64,000 nucleotides of DNA from Verrucomicrobiota bacterium. GTDB taxonomy: Bacteria; Verrucomicrobiota; Verrucomicrobiia; Verrucomicrobiales; V1-33. A program made the translations under genes and the position numbers. Shown here piece after piece: positions 36,679 through 47,048 of this stretch. The stretch lies in the NCBI GenBank assembly GCA_039795165.1, contig JBDKER010000004.1, positions 48,234 through 112,233 of the forward strand, read 5' to 3'. Within the stretch, counting starts at the first letter, position 1. Every line of letters starts with the position of its first letter. Under the pieces are notes generated by a model. The model had not been told where the DNA came from. It saw only the letters and a list, made by a program, of their open reading frames with translations, and did not search any database.

Positions 36679-36870
36679 ATGAGCCTATCCCTCTCCATCG
36701 CCTGTGCCACCTGCATCGGTCAGGATGGCCAAGTCACCGTCATGGCAGCCAATGGGGCCGTCTTTGTGATGCTGGGTGCTCTCATTCTCGTGTTCGGCAC
36801 CATCCTCGCTGTTGTTATCTCGTTCATCCGCCGCGCCCGCCGCTTCGCTGCCATCAATCCGCAGCCCTGA
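36679..36870 (+). CDS. Small membrane protein with N-terminal CxxC (hypothetical)
   Basis: The 63-aa protein begins MSLSLSIACATCIGQDG, has one TM helix and ends in an Arg-rich tail. It lies directly upstream of the subunit II gene. Confidence 0.4.
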   Translation: MSLSLSIACATCIGQDGQVTVMAANGAVFVMLGALILVFGTILAVVISFIRRARRFAAINPQP

Positions 36871-36897
36871 TCCCCTACATTCCTCCATCCTTCCGTT

Positions 36898-37734
36898 ATG
36901 GGACTTCTCAATAAACTCCTCGGTATCCCGCCCGTCGGCTCGGAGCATGGCCACATGCTCGACCACATGCTCGAGATTGTGCACTGGTTCATGCTTGCCC
37001 TCGGCCTTGGGTGGAGCATTTTCGTTGGCTATTCCCTCTTCCGCTTCTACCGGAAACGGAATCCGAAGGCGTCGTACACCGGTGTCACCAGTCACGCTTC
37101 CAGCCACCTTGAGATCGGGGTCATCGTTACGGAGGTCATCCTTCTCCTCGGGTTCGCATTTCCACTCTGGGCCACGCGCGTCGATCAGTTCCCGGATCCC
37201 GATGTCCGCATCAATGCATGGGCCGAACAATTCAAATGGAACTTCCATTACACCGGTGCAGACGGCAAATTCGGCATGACAAACCGGTTCCTCATTTCGT
37301 CCGCCAACCCCATTGGAATCGACCCGGAAGATCCGAACGGACTTGATGACATCGTGGTTCCGGAACTTTTCCTTCCCAAGGGCAAAAAAGTTGAAATCGC
37401 CGTCACTTCGAAGGACGTGATCCACAACCTCGCCCTCGTCGGCATGCGCATCGCTCAGGATGCCGACCCTGGAAAAGTCAGCCGCATGTGGTTCATCCCA
37501 TCCGCTCTCGGCGACTCGGAAGTCATCTGCGGGCAGCTCTGCGGCGCAGCTCACGGCAACATGAAGTCTCTCCTCCACGTGGTCGACCAGAAGAGCTTCG
37601 AAGGATGGGAAAAGGATGCGCCGAAATTCCGCGACACTCCCTTCGGTGCGGAAGCCGCGAAGAAACTCGGACTCGCCGAAACTCCCGCCGCCACCCCGGC
37701 TCCGGCAGCGGCTCCCGCCCCGGCGGTCCAGTGA
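36898..37734 (+). CDS. ctaC: aa3-type cytochrome c oxidase subunit II (CuA subunit, no fused cytochrome c)
   Basis: It has two N-terminal TM helices. The CuA motif is DVIHN...CGQLCGAAHGNM (H, CxxxC, H, M). The tail is Pro/Ala-rich. Confidence 0.85.
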   Translation: MGLLNKLLGIPPVGSEHGHMLDHMLEIVHWFMLALGLGWSIFVGYSLFRFYRKRNPKASYTGVTSHASSHLEIGVIVTEVILLLGFAFPLWATRVDQFPDPDVRINAWAEQFKWNFHYTGADGKFGMTNRFLISSANPIGIDPEDPNGLDDIVVPELFLPKGKKVEIAVTSKDVIHNLALVGMRIAQDADPGKVSRMWFIPSALGDSEVICGQLCGAAHGNMKSLLHVVDQKSFEGWEKDAPKFRDTPFGAEAAKKLGLAETPAATPAPAAAPAPAVQ

Positions 37735-37768
37735 GACAGCGACCCGTTCTCCACAGATCATGATCACC

Positions 37769-37795
37769 GCGGGCGCTGAGAGTCTCAGCGCCCGC
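37769..37795 (+). terminator. Strong GC hairpin (probable intrinsic terminator or attenuator) after the subunit II gene
   Basis: The sequence is GCGGGCGCTGAG-AGT-CTCAGCGCCCGC, a perfect 12-bp stem followed by TCTGTTT. It starts 35 nt after the stop at 37734. Confidence 0.65.
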
Positions 37796-37839
37796 TCTGT
37801 TTCCAGAGGAGAGACAGATTTTCCGAGACTCTGACCATC

Positions 37840-38853
37840 ATGGCCACCAAAGCCGACCGCCTGCTACCGCGCCTTGCGCTGCTGACCCTCGTGCTCCTGT
37901 ACCTTGTGGTGCTGGCTGGTTCGGTGGTGCGGGCGACCGGATCGGGCATGGGCTGTCCGGATTGGCCCCGTTGCTATGGGAAGCTCATTCCTCCCACCCG
38001 TGCGGAGGACATCGATGTGGCAAAACTCGATCTTGAACGGTACCGCCGCTCGTGGGCTTCGCACGGCAGAGAGGACGTGGAGGTCACGGAGGAATCCATC
38101 CGCAGGAATTTCAGCGCGCTGGAAACATGGATCGAATTCATCAACCGCTGCCTCGGTGCCGTGAGTGGACTTGCGGCGGTGGCAACGTTTCTCTGTTCCA
38201 TCCTGTCATCCCGGAGCGACTGGCTGCTGCGTGGCCTGCTGCTGGCGGAACTGGTGCTGTTTGGGGTGGTGGCATGGCTAGGCAAGGTGGTCGTGGATAC
38301 CAATCTCCTGCCATGGAAGATCACGCTGCACATGATGCTGGCCATGGGGCTCATCACCATGGCGCTGGCCATTCTGCACCGTGTGCGTCCGGGATCACCG
38401 GTGCCGGTGACGCGATCGATGCGTTGGCACCTCGCTGTCTGCCTGCTTGCGGTCCTCGTGCAGACTGTGGTCGGCACTCAGGTGCGCGAACTGGTCGATG
38501 AGCACAGCCTCGCATCCTGCTGCGGGGACAGGCTGGAGCAGCATCTCGGAATCTCGCTCGTCTGGCATCGCATCGGAGCCATCACGACGCTCACGCTCGT
38601 GGCCATCGCCTTTTTCCGCCTGCGCTTCGGAGCAGGGAAGGGGGCGGATGCAGCGCCGCTGCTTACGAATGCGCTCGGTCTGCTGGTGGCCGTGGAGTAC
38701 GGGGTCGGTGTCCTCCTCATCCGGGCCGGACTGCCTGCGGCTCTTCAGCCCGTCCATCTTGTCCTTGCCTTCGTACTTCACGGTCTGCTTTTCGCCCTGC
38801 TGCTGCGCAGCCGGTTGCAGCCAGACAACTCGTCAGCCAATCTGACTTCCTGA
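37840..38853 (+). CDS. ctaA: Heme A synthase (COX15/CtaA)
   Basis: The motif is LVVLAGSVVRATGSGMGCPDWPRCYG. The protein is polytopic with conserved His in helices (LHMML, WH). Confidence 0.85.
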   Translation: MATKADRLLPRLALLTLVLLYLVVLAGSVVRATGSGMGCPDWPRCYGKLIPPTRAEDIDVAKLDLERYRRSWASHGREDVEVTEESIRRNFSALETWIEFINRCLGAVSGLAAVATFLCSILSSRSDWLLRGLLLAELVLFGVVAWLGKVVVDTNLLPWKITLHMMLAMGLITMALAILHRVRPGSPVPVTRSMRWHLAVCLLAVLVQTVVGTQVRELVDEHSLASCCGDRLEQHLGISLVWHRIGAITTLTLVAIAFFRLRFGAGKGADAAPLLTNALGLLVAVEYGVGVLLIRAGLPAALQPVHLVLAFVLHGLLFALLLRSRLQPDNSSANLTS

Positions 38854-39830
38854 TGCCTGTTCCCGCTTCCGGCCAATCCTCCGATGCTCCCGTGGCGGTC
38901 CCCCTGCGCCCGGGATTCAGCCGCGGGGATTTCATGCTGCTCACCAAGGCGCGCCTGAGCGCTCTGGTGGTGATCACCACGGCTGCAGGATATGCGCTGC
39001 ACCTCGCTCTGCGTGAATGGCCGGACGCCCTGCCATGGCGGCTTGTCCATACGCTGCTGGGAACCGCGCTGACGGCCTTTGGAGCCTCGGTGTTCAACCA
39101 GCTCATGGAGATGGATGCCGACGCTCGCATGCAGCGGACGGCCGACCGCCCCCTCGCTGCCCGCCGTCTCCAGCCTGAAGTCGCCTTTCTGATCGGTGCC
39201 CTCCTTGCCGGAGCTGGGCTCATTCATCTGGGCGTCAAAGTGAACGTGGAAGCGGCTGCTCTCGCGGGCCTGACGCTGCTGGTGTATCTTTTCATTTACA
39301 CCCCGATGAAACGCACGTCGGTCTGGAACACGATCGTGGGGGCCGTGTCCGGAGCCATTCCGCCTGTCATCGGCTGGGTCGCCGTGGCCGGTGGCAAGGA
39401 GTTCCGCAACTATCACCGCGAACTGATCCGCTGGGACCTCCTCGCAGCGCAGCCCGCCTTCTTCCTGTTCGCCCTCCTCTTTCTCTGGCAATTGCCTCAC
39501 TTTCTCGCCATCAACTGGATGTACCGCGAGGAATACATCAGGGGTGGCTTCGTGATGTGGAGCAACAACGATGAAACCGGTCGCGCCACGGCCCGCCGGG
39601 CCTTCGCATGGAGCCTGCTGCTGCTTCCGTTGGCACTCTGGCCTCCGCTGGCTGGGTTCACTTCATGGATTGCGGCGATCCCGGGGCTCCTGCTGGGAGG
39701 TTGGCTGGTCTGGCTCAGTCTCCGCTTTCTCCGGAATCCCGACCGCGCAGCGGCCCGCCGGCTATTTCTGGCAACCCTGCTCTACCTCCCGGGCATGCTC
39801 GCGGTGGTCCTTTGCTGCGCCCGTAACTGA
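38853..39830 (+). CDS. ctaB: Protoheme IX farnesyltransferase (heme O synthase)
   Basis: It shows the UbiA-family pattern (NQLMEMDADARMQRTADRPL, YTPMKR). The start overlaps the ctaA stop (TGATG). Confidence 0.9.
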   Translation: MPVPASGQSSDAPVAVPLRPGFSRGDFMLLTKARLSALVVITTAAGYALHLALREWPDALPWRLVHTLLGTALTAFGASVFNQLMEMDADARMQRTADRPLAARRLQPEVAFLIGALLAGAGLIHLGVKVNVEAAALAGLTLLVYLFIYTPMKRTSVWNTIVGAVSGAIPPVIGWVAVAGGKEFRNYHRELIRWDLLAAQPAFFLFALLFLWQLPHFLAINWMYREEYIRGGFVMWSNNDETGRATARRAFAWSLLLLPLALWPPLAGFTSWIAAIPGLLLGGWLVWLSLRFLRNPDRAAARRLFLATLLYLPGMLAVVLCCARN

Positions 39831-39857
39831 ACGGTAGCCGTCCTTCTCCTAAACATC

Positions 39858-40586
39858 ATGGAAGCCCCCGCCCCGGACACGCCCCCTCCATCAAGACGCA
39901 CCGCCGTCGCCATCTGCCTCGTCCTCATGGCCCTCGGCACAGTGGTCTGGTTCAATTACTACCTCAAGGTCCGCCAGGATCTCATGAAGGGCCGGCTCCC
40001 CAAAAAGCAGTCCGTCGAAAAGGACCCGGGATTTTTCATCGATGCCAAGGGCCGCGAACGGCGTCTCGAGGAGATCAAAGGCAAAGTCATTGTCCTTTCC
40101 TACGTCTATACGACCTGCCCCAGCGGCTGCGCCGGCGTCGCTGATGCCATGAAGCGCCTCCAGGATGAATTCGGAAGCGATCCCCGCTTCCAACTCGTTT
40201 CCGTCAGTCTCTACCCGGAAAACGACCGGCCGGAACTGCTCCGCTCGTGGACCGAAACCAAGGGATTCTCCGGGGACAACTGGTGGTTCCTGACCACGAA
40301 AAACGGAACTCCAGAGGAAGGCGATGCCCTCCGCAAATGGATGATGACCACCTTCAAGATCTCCGTGAAGCGAAAGCCGGAGGACAAGATCCGCGAGAAC
40401 CCCGCCGATATCTGGGACCACTCGCTCGTCATGGTCATGGTCGATCACCGGGGAGCCGTCCGCACGCCCACGGATAATGATTATTTCTGGTATCCCTTCC
40501 ATCCGGCCTTCGATGACTCATGGTATCCGCGGCCCATCGCCGAGGATGTCCGCAAGGTGCTCGATGAAGCCGCCCGCGGCGAATGA
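39858..40586 (+). CDS. SCO1/SenC copper chaperone
   Basis: It has a TM anchor, a thioredoxin-like fold with YTTCPSGC (CxxxC), and a downstream DHS. Confidence 0.85.
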   Translation: MEAPAPDTPPPSRRTAVAICLVLMALGTVVWFNYYLKVRQDLMKGRLPKKQSVEKDPGFFIDAKGRERRLEEIKGKVIVLSYVYTTCPSGCAGVADAMKRLQDEFGSDPRFQLVSVSLYPENDRPELLRSWTETKGFSGDNWWFLTTKNGTPEEGDALRKWMMTTFKISVKRKPEDKIRENPADIWDHSLVMVMVDHRGAVRTPTDNDYFWYPFHPAFDDSWYPRPIAEDVRKVLDEAARGE

Positions 40587-40602
40587 CAAAACGTTGCCCG
40601 CC

Positions 40603-41088
40603 ATGACCAGCCTCCCGCTCATCAACGCCTGTCTGAATTCCCTCGCCACCGTCTTCCTGCTGGCAGGGTGGTACTTCATCCGCCGCGGTCAGCGCGGGCA
40701 GCATGCCCGCTGCATGATCGGAGCCCTTGCCGCCTCGGCCGCCTTTCTCGTCTGTTACCTCGGATGGCATGGCTGGCTCGTCCAGCACACCGGCAAGGGC
40801 CATGTTCCTTTCACTGCTCAAGGCCCTGTCCGGACCGTCTACTTCACAATTCTGTTCACTCATCTCATCGGCAGCTTCGCGATCGTCGCCCTCGTACCCA
40901 TGACCGTGGCCCGCGCTGCCCGCAGGCAATTCGAACGGCACCGGGCCATCGCCCGATGGACGCTCCCCATCTGGCTCTATGTCTCCATCACGGGCGTGAT
41001 CGTCTACCTCATGAACTACCGGCTCTTCCCTTCCTCGGAATGGGAAAAAATCCGCGCCATCGGCCAGCAGGAACGGATGGCAGGCTGA
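40603..41088 (+). CDS. DUF420 (CtaM-like) membrane protein
   Basis: The ATG at 40603 gives MTSLPLINACLNSLATVFLLAGWYFIRR...HARCM...FTHLIGS...RHRAIARWTLPIWLYVSITGVIVY. The oxidase-assembly context supports the call. Confidence 0.8.
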   Translation: MTSLPLINACLNSLATVFLLAGWYFIRRGQRGQHARCMIGALAASAAFLVCYLGWHGWLVQHTGKGHVPFTAQGPVRTVYFTILFTHLIGSFAIVALVPMTVARAARRQFERHRAIARWTLPIWLYVSITGVIVYLMNYRLFPSSEWEKIRAIGQQERMAG

Positions 41089-41131
41089 GTGTGCCAGCAG
41101 GGACGAGACCCGGCAGACACTCACATGAGCA

Positions 41132-42169
41132 TCACAGCCCAATAGCTTGCCTGACCTTGCCGGCCAGCTCGTGGAATGCGCCGCTCACTGCGTTCACGCC
41201 GGCGGGCTGCAGGGCTACAGGGTGCCCGCTGTCGCCGCCCTCCCGGGTCGGCATGTCGATGGGAATCTGCGCGAGCAGCGGAACACCGAGCCTCTGGGCT
41301 TCCTTCTCGCCACCGCCCGACCCGAAGATCTCATAGCGCTTCCCATCGGAAGGACACAGGAAGTAACTCATGTTCTCCACGATACCCAGCACCGGTACAT
41401 TGACCTTCGCAAACATGGAGGCTGCCTTGCGGGCATCAATGAGCGCCACCTCCTGCGGCGTGGTCACTACGATCGCCCCGTCCACCGCCACGGTCTGCAC
41501 AATCGTCAGCTGAATATCGCCCGTGCCCGGCGGCAGATCGAGCACCAGTACATCAAGGTCTCCCCATGCCGTCTGCCGGAGAAACTGCTGCACATAACGC
41601 GTCGCCAGCGGTCCCCGCACAATCACCGGCGAAGCATCGCTCAGCAGAAAGGCCATCGACATCAGCTTGAGCCCGTGCGCTTCAATCGGAATAATCTCGT
41701 TCTGCTCGGTCGCCATCGGCTGTTCGTCGGTCCCGAACATGAGACCAACGCTCGGCCCATAAAGGTCGCAGTCACACAGCCCGACGCGCAGTCCCGCGGC
41801 CTTGAGGGCCACTGCCAGATTGCTGGCCACGGTTGATTTGCCCACGCCCCCTTTGCCGCTGGCCACGGCGACGATCTTCCGGATGCCCGGAATGCTGCTC
41901 TTGCCAACCCCGGCCGCGGCCTCCGGTTCCCGGATGTCGAAATCGAGCGAAACCTTTCCCACTCCCGGGATCTCCGCGAGCGCCCTGGTGGCGGCTTCAT
42001 GAATCTGCCGCGGCACGTTTGCGTCCCGCGTCGCCATCTCGATGCGAACCCGCACGTCCGCTCCCTCGATGCGCACATCCTTCACCAGCCCGAACGCCAC
42101 GATGTCCCGGCTGAATCCAGGCCATTTCACGGTGCGCAGAGCATCAACGACAGCAGCTTCGGTAATCAT
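41132..42169 (-). CDS. apbC: Mrp/NBP35 family Fe-S cluster carrier ATPase (with N-terminal DUF59-like domain)
   Basis: Motifs are the VASGKGGVGKST P-loop, DLPPGTGD and a CPS..G block. The ATG at 42169 (MITEAAVVDALRTVKWPGF) is the likely start. Confidence 0.9.
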   Translation of the reverse strand: MITEAAVVDALRTVKWPGFSRDIVAFGLVKDVRIEGADVRVRIEMATRDANVPRQIHEAATRALAEIPGVGKVSLDFDIREPEAAAGVGKSSIPGIRKIVAVASGKGGVGKSTVASNLAVALKAAGLRVGLCDCDLYGPSVGLMFGTDEQPMATEQNEIIPIEAHGLKLMSMAFLLSDASPVIVRGPLATRYVQQFLRQTAWGDLDVLVLDLPPGTGDIQLTIVQTVAVDGAIVVTTPQEVALIDARKAASMFAKVNVPVLGIVENMSYFLCPSDGKRYEIFGSGGGEKEAQRLGVPLLAQIPIDMPTREGGDSGHPVALQPAGVNAVSGAFHELAGKVRQAIGL

Positions 42170-42399
42170 GAGAGTCACGAGAAACGCACCGCGTCCCCGT
42201 TTGGCAACCAGGGAATCGCAAGCAGTGCGTCGTGACGGCCCAGGCGCTTGCGCACGCCTCACCCGCACCGCCGGAAACCGTATCCCATAGCCCCCGCAGC
42301 TCGATTTTTCAGTAAATTCCCGCTAAACCGCGTCTGCGGAAACCGTTCGTTCTAATAGCAACCTCCGGCCTGCGTGCCGTCCCTCCGAACGATCCATCC

Positions 42400-45300
42400 A
42401 TGAAAGCGCTTCTCCTCAGCCTCCCGGCTCTGCTGACGACCCTGCCGGCTACCGCCGAAGTCCAGTTCAACCGGGACATCCGCCCGCTCCTCTCGGAGAA
42501 CTGCCTCCAGTGCCACGGACCGGACCCGGGCTCCCGCAAGGCCGGGCTGCGGCTCGATACCAAAGAGGGCTTCTTCGAGAAAACCGAAGACCGCGGCCCC
42601 ACCGTGATCGCCGGAAAACCAGACGAGAGCCCCCTCTTCCAGCGCCTCATCGCCACGGATCCGGACGACGTCATGCCGCCACCGGAATCGCACAAGGAAC
42701 TGAAACCGGAACAGAAGGAACTCATCCGGCAGTGGATCACGGAAGGAGCCTCGTGGCAGCCTCACTGGGCCTTCCTCAAACCCGAGCGCCCACCGGTGCC
42801 GACTCCGGCGGCCGCCCCCCAGCCCGTCCGGAATCCGATCGATTCGTTCGTCTTTGCTAAGCTCCAGGAAAAAGGCCTCCAGCCTGCCAGGGAAGCCGAC
42901 CGCGCTACCCTCGCCCGCCGTCTTTCGCTCGACCTCATCGGTCTGCCTCCTGCGCCCGAGGACGTGGTTGCCTTCGCCGCCGACCAATCACCGGATTACT
43001 ACGAGAAGTACGTCCAGAAACTGATGGCCTCGCCCCACTACGGGGAACACCGGGGCCGCTACTGGCTCGATGCTGCCCGCTACGGCGATACTCATGGCCT
43101 CCACTTCGACAACTACCGGGAAATGTGGCCGTACCGCGATTGGGTGATCGCGGCCTTCAACCGCAACCTGCCGTTCGACCAGTTCACAACGGAACAAATC
43201 GCGGGCGACCTCCTCCCGCAGCCCACGCTCGACCAGCAGGTAGCCACGGGTTTCCACCGCTGCAACATCACCACCAACGAAGGCGGCACCATCGTCGAGG
43301 AAAACCTCGCCAATTACGCCCGCGACCGCGTCGAAACCACCTCGTGGGTCTGGCTCGGGCTGACAGCAAACTGCGCTGTCTGCCACGACCACAAATTCGA
43401 TCCGCTCTCCACGAAGGATTTCTATTCCATGGAAGCCTACTTCCGGAATACGACGCAGCCCGGCCTTGATGGCAACGTCAAGGATTCCTCGCCGGCCATC
43501 ATCGTGCCGCAGACGGAAGAGGACCGGAACCGCTGGGCGGCCATCCCCGGAGAAATCGAAGCCAAACAGCAGTCGATCGCCCGCCGCCGCGAAGAAGCGA
43601 AGGGAGCCTTCGATGGCTGGCTCGCTTCTGCGAGGGCCGCCGATCTCGGCGACGGCGTCCGTGCCGAAGGACTGATCGCCCACGCCCCGCTCACGGAAGG
43701 CGTCGGCGATGAAATTGGAGCCATCTGCGGTCAGCCCATGCGCTTCAAGGCCACCGGCCCGGTCTCATGGAAACCGGATGGACGCATCGGTCCTGCCCCG
43801 GTACTCAATGCCGCCACCACCTTCGATCTCGGCAACCAAGGCGACTTCGAAAAGGATCAGGCCTTCAGCTACGGCGCGTGGGTCCGCGCGGCCGGCAACA
43901 ATGCCTACGCAAGCATGCTCGCCCGCATGGACGAGGGCAACAACTACCGCGGCTGGGACCTCTGGCAGAATGGCGACCGCTTCGCCGTTCATCTCGTCAA
44001 CGCATGGCCCGGCAACGCCATCAAGGTCCAGACCCGACCGCCCACCGTCAAACCCGGCGAATGGCAGCACTTCTTCATGACTTATGACGGATCCGGCAAG
44101 GCCGGCGGCATCCGTCTCTTCATCAATGGACGCCAGGTCGAGACCCGAGTCGAGGCCGATACTCTCACGGAGTCCATCCGGACCACCGTCCCGCTGAAGA
44201 TCGGTCAGCGCAGCGCCGGGCAGTTCTTCGAAGGAGGAAGCGTCCAGGACGTGCGCGTCTATGCCCGCCGCCTCGAAGCCGCGGAAGTGGAATCGCTGCA
44301 CAATACCGGACCTCTCCGGGCCATGCTCGCCATCGATCCCGGAAAGCGCACCCCGGAACAGCAGCAGGCCCTCTACGATTTCTATCTCACAACCATGGAC
44401 CCTCCGTCGCAGCAGCTGCGCACGGAACTCGCTGGTCTTGAACAGGAACGCGACTCCATCCGCGAACGCAGCCCGGTGACCCACATCCAGGCGGAAAAGC
44501 GCGACAGCACCCCCATGGCACACATCCTCTTCCGCGGGAATTATGATCAGCCCCGCGAAAAGGTGGAGCCCGCCGTCTTCTCCGCCCTCCACCCGCTGCC
44601 GGACGGAGCACCCAAAAACCGCCTCGGCCTCGCCCAGTGGCTTAACTCGCCGGAAAATCCCCTGACGGCTCGCGTCACCGTCAACCGCTTCTGGCAGGAA
44701 CTGTTCGGAACCGGCATCGTGAAGACGGCCGAAGACTTCGGCATCGTGGGCGACCCTCCCAGCAACCAGGCCTTGCTCGACTGGCTCGCGGTGGAATTCC
44801 GCGAGAATGGCTGGGACATCCGCAAGCTTCTCACGACCATCGTGACTTCCTCGGTCTACCGTCAGGAAGCGGTCACCACGCCGGAGAAACTCGAAAAGGA
44901 CCGCGATAACCGCCTCCTCAGCCGCGGTCCGCGCTTCCGCATGGATGCCGAAGTCATCCGCGACAGCGCCCTCGCCGCCAGCGGTCTCCTCGTTCCGAAA
45001 ATCGGTGGCCCCAGCGTCAAGCCCTACCAACCGGAAGGCATCTGGGACAAGGTCGGCATGATCGAAGGCAACACCCGCATCTATCAGCAGGATAAGGGCG
45101 AGAACCTCTACCGCCGCAGCCTCTACTCGTTCTGGAAACGGATGGCCCCGCCGGCCAGCCTCGAAATCTTCAATGCTCCGGCCCGTGAGATTTCCTGCCT
45201 GCGCCGCGAACGCACCAATACCCCGCTCCAGGCCCTCGCTGCCCTCAACGATGTGCAGCTTCTCGAGGCCGCCCGCGTCCTCTCGGAAAAGGCCATGCGG

Positions 45301-45564
45301 GAGGCGGGAGCATCATTCGAGGAAACCCTCGGCTTCCTCACCGCCCGCGTGCTTTCCCGCTGCCTCAGCCCGGACGAAACCGCCATCGTCCGCCAGACGC
45401 ACGAAACTGCGCTCGCTTCGTTCCGGGAACGCCCGGAAGACGCTGCGAAGTTCATCCGCCAGGGAGAGACGGTGCCGGATGCGAAGCTCGATCCCGCCCA
45501 GTTGGCAGCATGGCTCACGGTCGCCAACCAGATCATGAATCTCGACGAAGCCCTCAACAAGTAA
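42400..45564 (+). CDS. PSCyt1/PSCyt2/PSD1 (DUF1549/DUF1553) protein with an internal LamG-like domain
   Basis: It has a signal peptide, CLQCHGPD (PSCyt1), [13 protein letters not shown] (PSCyt2), a LamG-like block ([11 protein letters not shown]...LFINGRQ...[11 protein letters not shown]), and a PSD1-like C-terminus. Confidence 0.85.
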   Translation: MKALLLSLPALLTTLPATAEVQFNRDIRPLLSENCLQCHGPDPGSRKAGLRLDTKEGFFEKTEDRGPTVIAGKPDESPLFQRLIATDPDDVMPPPESHKELKPEQKELIRQWITEGASWQPHWAFLKPERPPVPTPAAAPQPVRNPIDSFVFAKLQEKGLQPAREADRATLARRLSLDLIGLPPAPEDVVAFAADQSPDYYEKYVQKLMASPHYGEHRGRYWLDAARYGDTHGLHFDNYREMWPYRDWVIAAFNRNLPFDQFTTEQIAGDLLPQPTLDQQVATGFHRCNITTNEGGTIVEENLANYARDRVETTSWVWLGLTANCAVCHDHKFDPLSTKDFYSMEAYFRNTTQPGLDGNVKDSSPAIIVPQTEEDRNRWAAIPGEIEAKQQSIARRREEAKGAFDGWLASARAADLGDGVRAEGLIAHAPLTEGVGDEIGAICGQPMRFKATGPVSWKPDGRIGPAPVLNAATTFDLGNQGDFEKDQAFSYGAWVRAAGNNAYASMLARMDEGNNYRGWDLWQNGDRFAVHLVNAWPGNAIKVQTRPPTVKPGEWQHFFMTYDGSGKAGGIRLFINGRQVETRVEADTLTESIRTTVPLKIGQRSAGQFFEGGSVQDVRVYARRLEAAEVESLHNTGPLRAMLAIDPGKRTPEQQQALYDFYLTTMDPPSQQLRTELAGLEQERDSIRERSPVTHIQAEKRDSTPMAHILFRGNYDQPREKVEPAVFSALHPLPDGAPKNRLGLAQWLNSPENPLTARVTVNRFWQELFGTGIVKTAEDFGIVGDPPSNQALLDWLAVEFRENGWDIRKLLTTIVTSSVYRQEAVTTPEKLEKDRDNRLLSRGPRFRMDAEVIRDSALAASGLLVPKIGGPSVKPYQPEGIWDKVGMIEGNTRIYQQDKGENLYRRSLYSFWKRMAPPASLEIFNAPAREISCLRRERTNTPLQALAALNDVQLLEAARVLSEKAMREAGASFEETLGFLTARVLSRCLSPDETAIVRQTHETALASFRERPEDAAKFIRQGETVPDAKLDPAQLAAWLTVANQIMNLDEALNK

Positions 45565-45578
45565 ACCCTCTGCACACC

Positions 45579-47039
45579 ATGAGCCTCCTCGAGGAATTCC
45601 ACCGCAATCAAACCCGCCGCCGCTTCTTCGAACGCGGACGTCACCTGCTCGGCGGTGCCGCGCTTTCGTCGCTCCTCGGCGAAAGTCTGCGCGCCAGCCT
45701 CGGTGCCGCCGAAGTCTCCGGCTCCGCCCTGCCGCACTTCGCGCCGAAGGCAAAACGCGTCATCTACCTGCACATGGTTGGCGGACCCTCCCAGATGGAC
45801 CTCTGGGACTATAAGCCGGAAATGGAAAAGTGGTACGACAAGGACCTCCCGGATTCCATACGCGGTGGCCAGCGGCTCACCACCATGACCAGCGGCCAGT
45901 CCCGCTTCCCCATCGCCCCCTCGAAGTACAAGTTCAGCCAAGCTGGCAAAAGCGGGCTCTGGATGAATACAGAACTGCTCCCGTACACCTCGAAAGTGGC
46001 CGACGACCTCTGTGTGATCCGCTCCATGCACACGGAGGCCATCAACCACGAGCCGGCCATCACCGCCATGCAGACGGGAAATCAGATCGGCGGGCGGCCG
46101 TGCATCGGATCATGGCTCAGCTACGGGCTCGGTTCCTCCAACAAGGATCTCCCGGCGTTCGTCGTCCTCGTGGCCGAACCCACCAACCGGGAACAGATGC
46201 AGGCAATCTCGGCGCGTCTCTGGTCTGCTGGCTACCTTCCGGGCGAACATGCCGGAGTCTCCTTCCGTTCCAGCGGCGATCCCATTCTCTTCATCAACAA
46301 TCCGGAAGGCATGCCGCGCGAACTCCGCCGCAGCCAGCTGGATGGCCTCAAGGCCCTCAACGAAATCAACTACCGCGCCGTCGGCGACCCGGAAACCCAC
46401 ACCCGCATCAGCCAGTACGAAATGGCCTTCCGCATGCAGAGCAGTGTCCCGGACCTCACCGATCTGTCGAAGGAAAGCGAACTCACATGGCAGCTCTACG
46501 GCGAGGAAGCCAAGAAGCCCGGCACCTTCGCGGCCTCGGCTCTCATGGCCCGCCGCCTTGCGGAACGCGGCGTCCGCTTCATCCAGATCTACCACAACAA
46601 CTGGGACCACCACGGCAACCTCGGAGGCCGCATGCCCTTCCAGTGCCGCGACATCGACCAGCCGGTCCACGGCCTCATCACGGACCTCAAGAACCGCGGC
46701 ATGTTCGACGACACCCTCATCATCTGGGGCGGTGAATTCGGACGCACCATCTACTCGCAGGGCGGTCTGTCCCGCGAAAACTACGGCCGCGATCACCACC
46801 CGCGCTGCTTCAGCATGTGGATGGCCGGCGGCGGAGCCAAGGGCGGTACGGTCTATGGCGAAACGGACGAATTCTCCTACAACATCGTCAAGGATCCCGT
46901 CCACATCCGCGACTTCCACGCCACTGCCCTGCACCTCCTCGGCATCAATCACGAACGCTTCACCCACCGCTTCCAGGGCCTCGACTTCAAACTCACGGGC
47001 GTCGAACCCGCCAAAGTCATCAAGGACCTGCTCGGCTGA
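45579..47039 (+). CDS. DUF1501 (sulfatase-like) protein, Tat-exported
   Basis: Motifs are [44 protein letters not shown] and GRDHH. It is the classic partner downstream of PSCyt/PSD genes. Confidence 0.9.
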   Translation: MSLLEEFHRNQTRRRFFERGRHLLGGAALSSLLGESLRASLGAAEVSGSALPHFAPKAKRVIYLHMVGGPSQMDLWDYKPEMEKWYDKDLPDSIRGGQRLTTMTSGQSRFPIAPSKYKFSQAGKSGLWMNTELLPYTSKVADDLCVIRSMHTEAINHEPAITAMQTGNQIGGRPCIGSWLSYGLGSSNKDLPAFVVLVAEPTNREQMQAISARLWSAGYLPGEHAGVSFRSSGDPILFINNPEGMPRELRRSQLDGLKALNEINYRAVGDPETHTRISQYEMAFRMQSSVPDLTDLSKESELTWQLYGEEAKKPGTFAASALMARRLAERGVRFIQIYHNNWDHHGNLGGRMPFQCRDIDQPVHGLITDLKNRGMFDDTLIIWGGEFGRTIYSQGGLSRENYGRDHHPRCFSMWMAGGGAKGGTVYGETDEFSYNIVKDPVHIRDFHATALHLLGINHERFTHRFQGLDFKLTGVEPAKVIKDLLG

Positions 47040-47048
47040 AGCTGCCAC

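Noticed and set aside
41087-41122. Imperfect hairpin GAGTGTGCC...GGCAGACACTC between the DUF420 gene and apbC
   Set aside because: The stem is interrupted by a 2-nt bulge, the loop is 16 nt and there is no U-tract, so the evidence is too weak to call a terminator.
43765-45030. 421-aa minus-strand ORF
   Set aside because: It is antisense to the PSCyt/PSD gene and has shadow-ORF composition.
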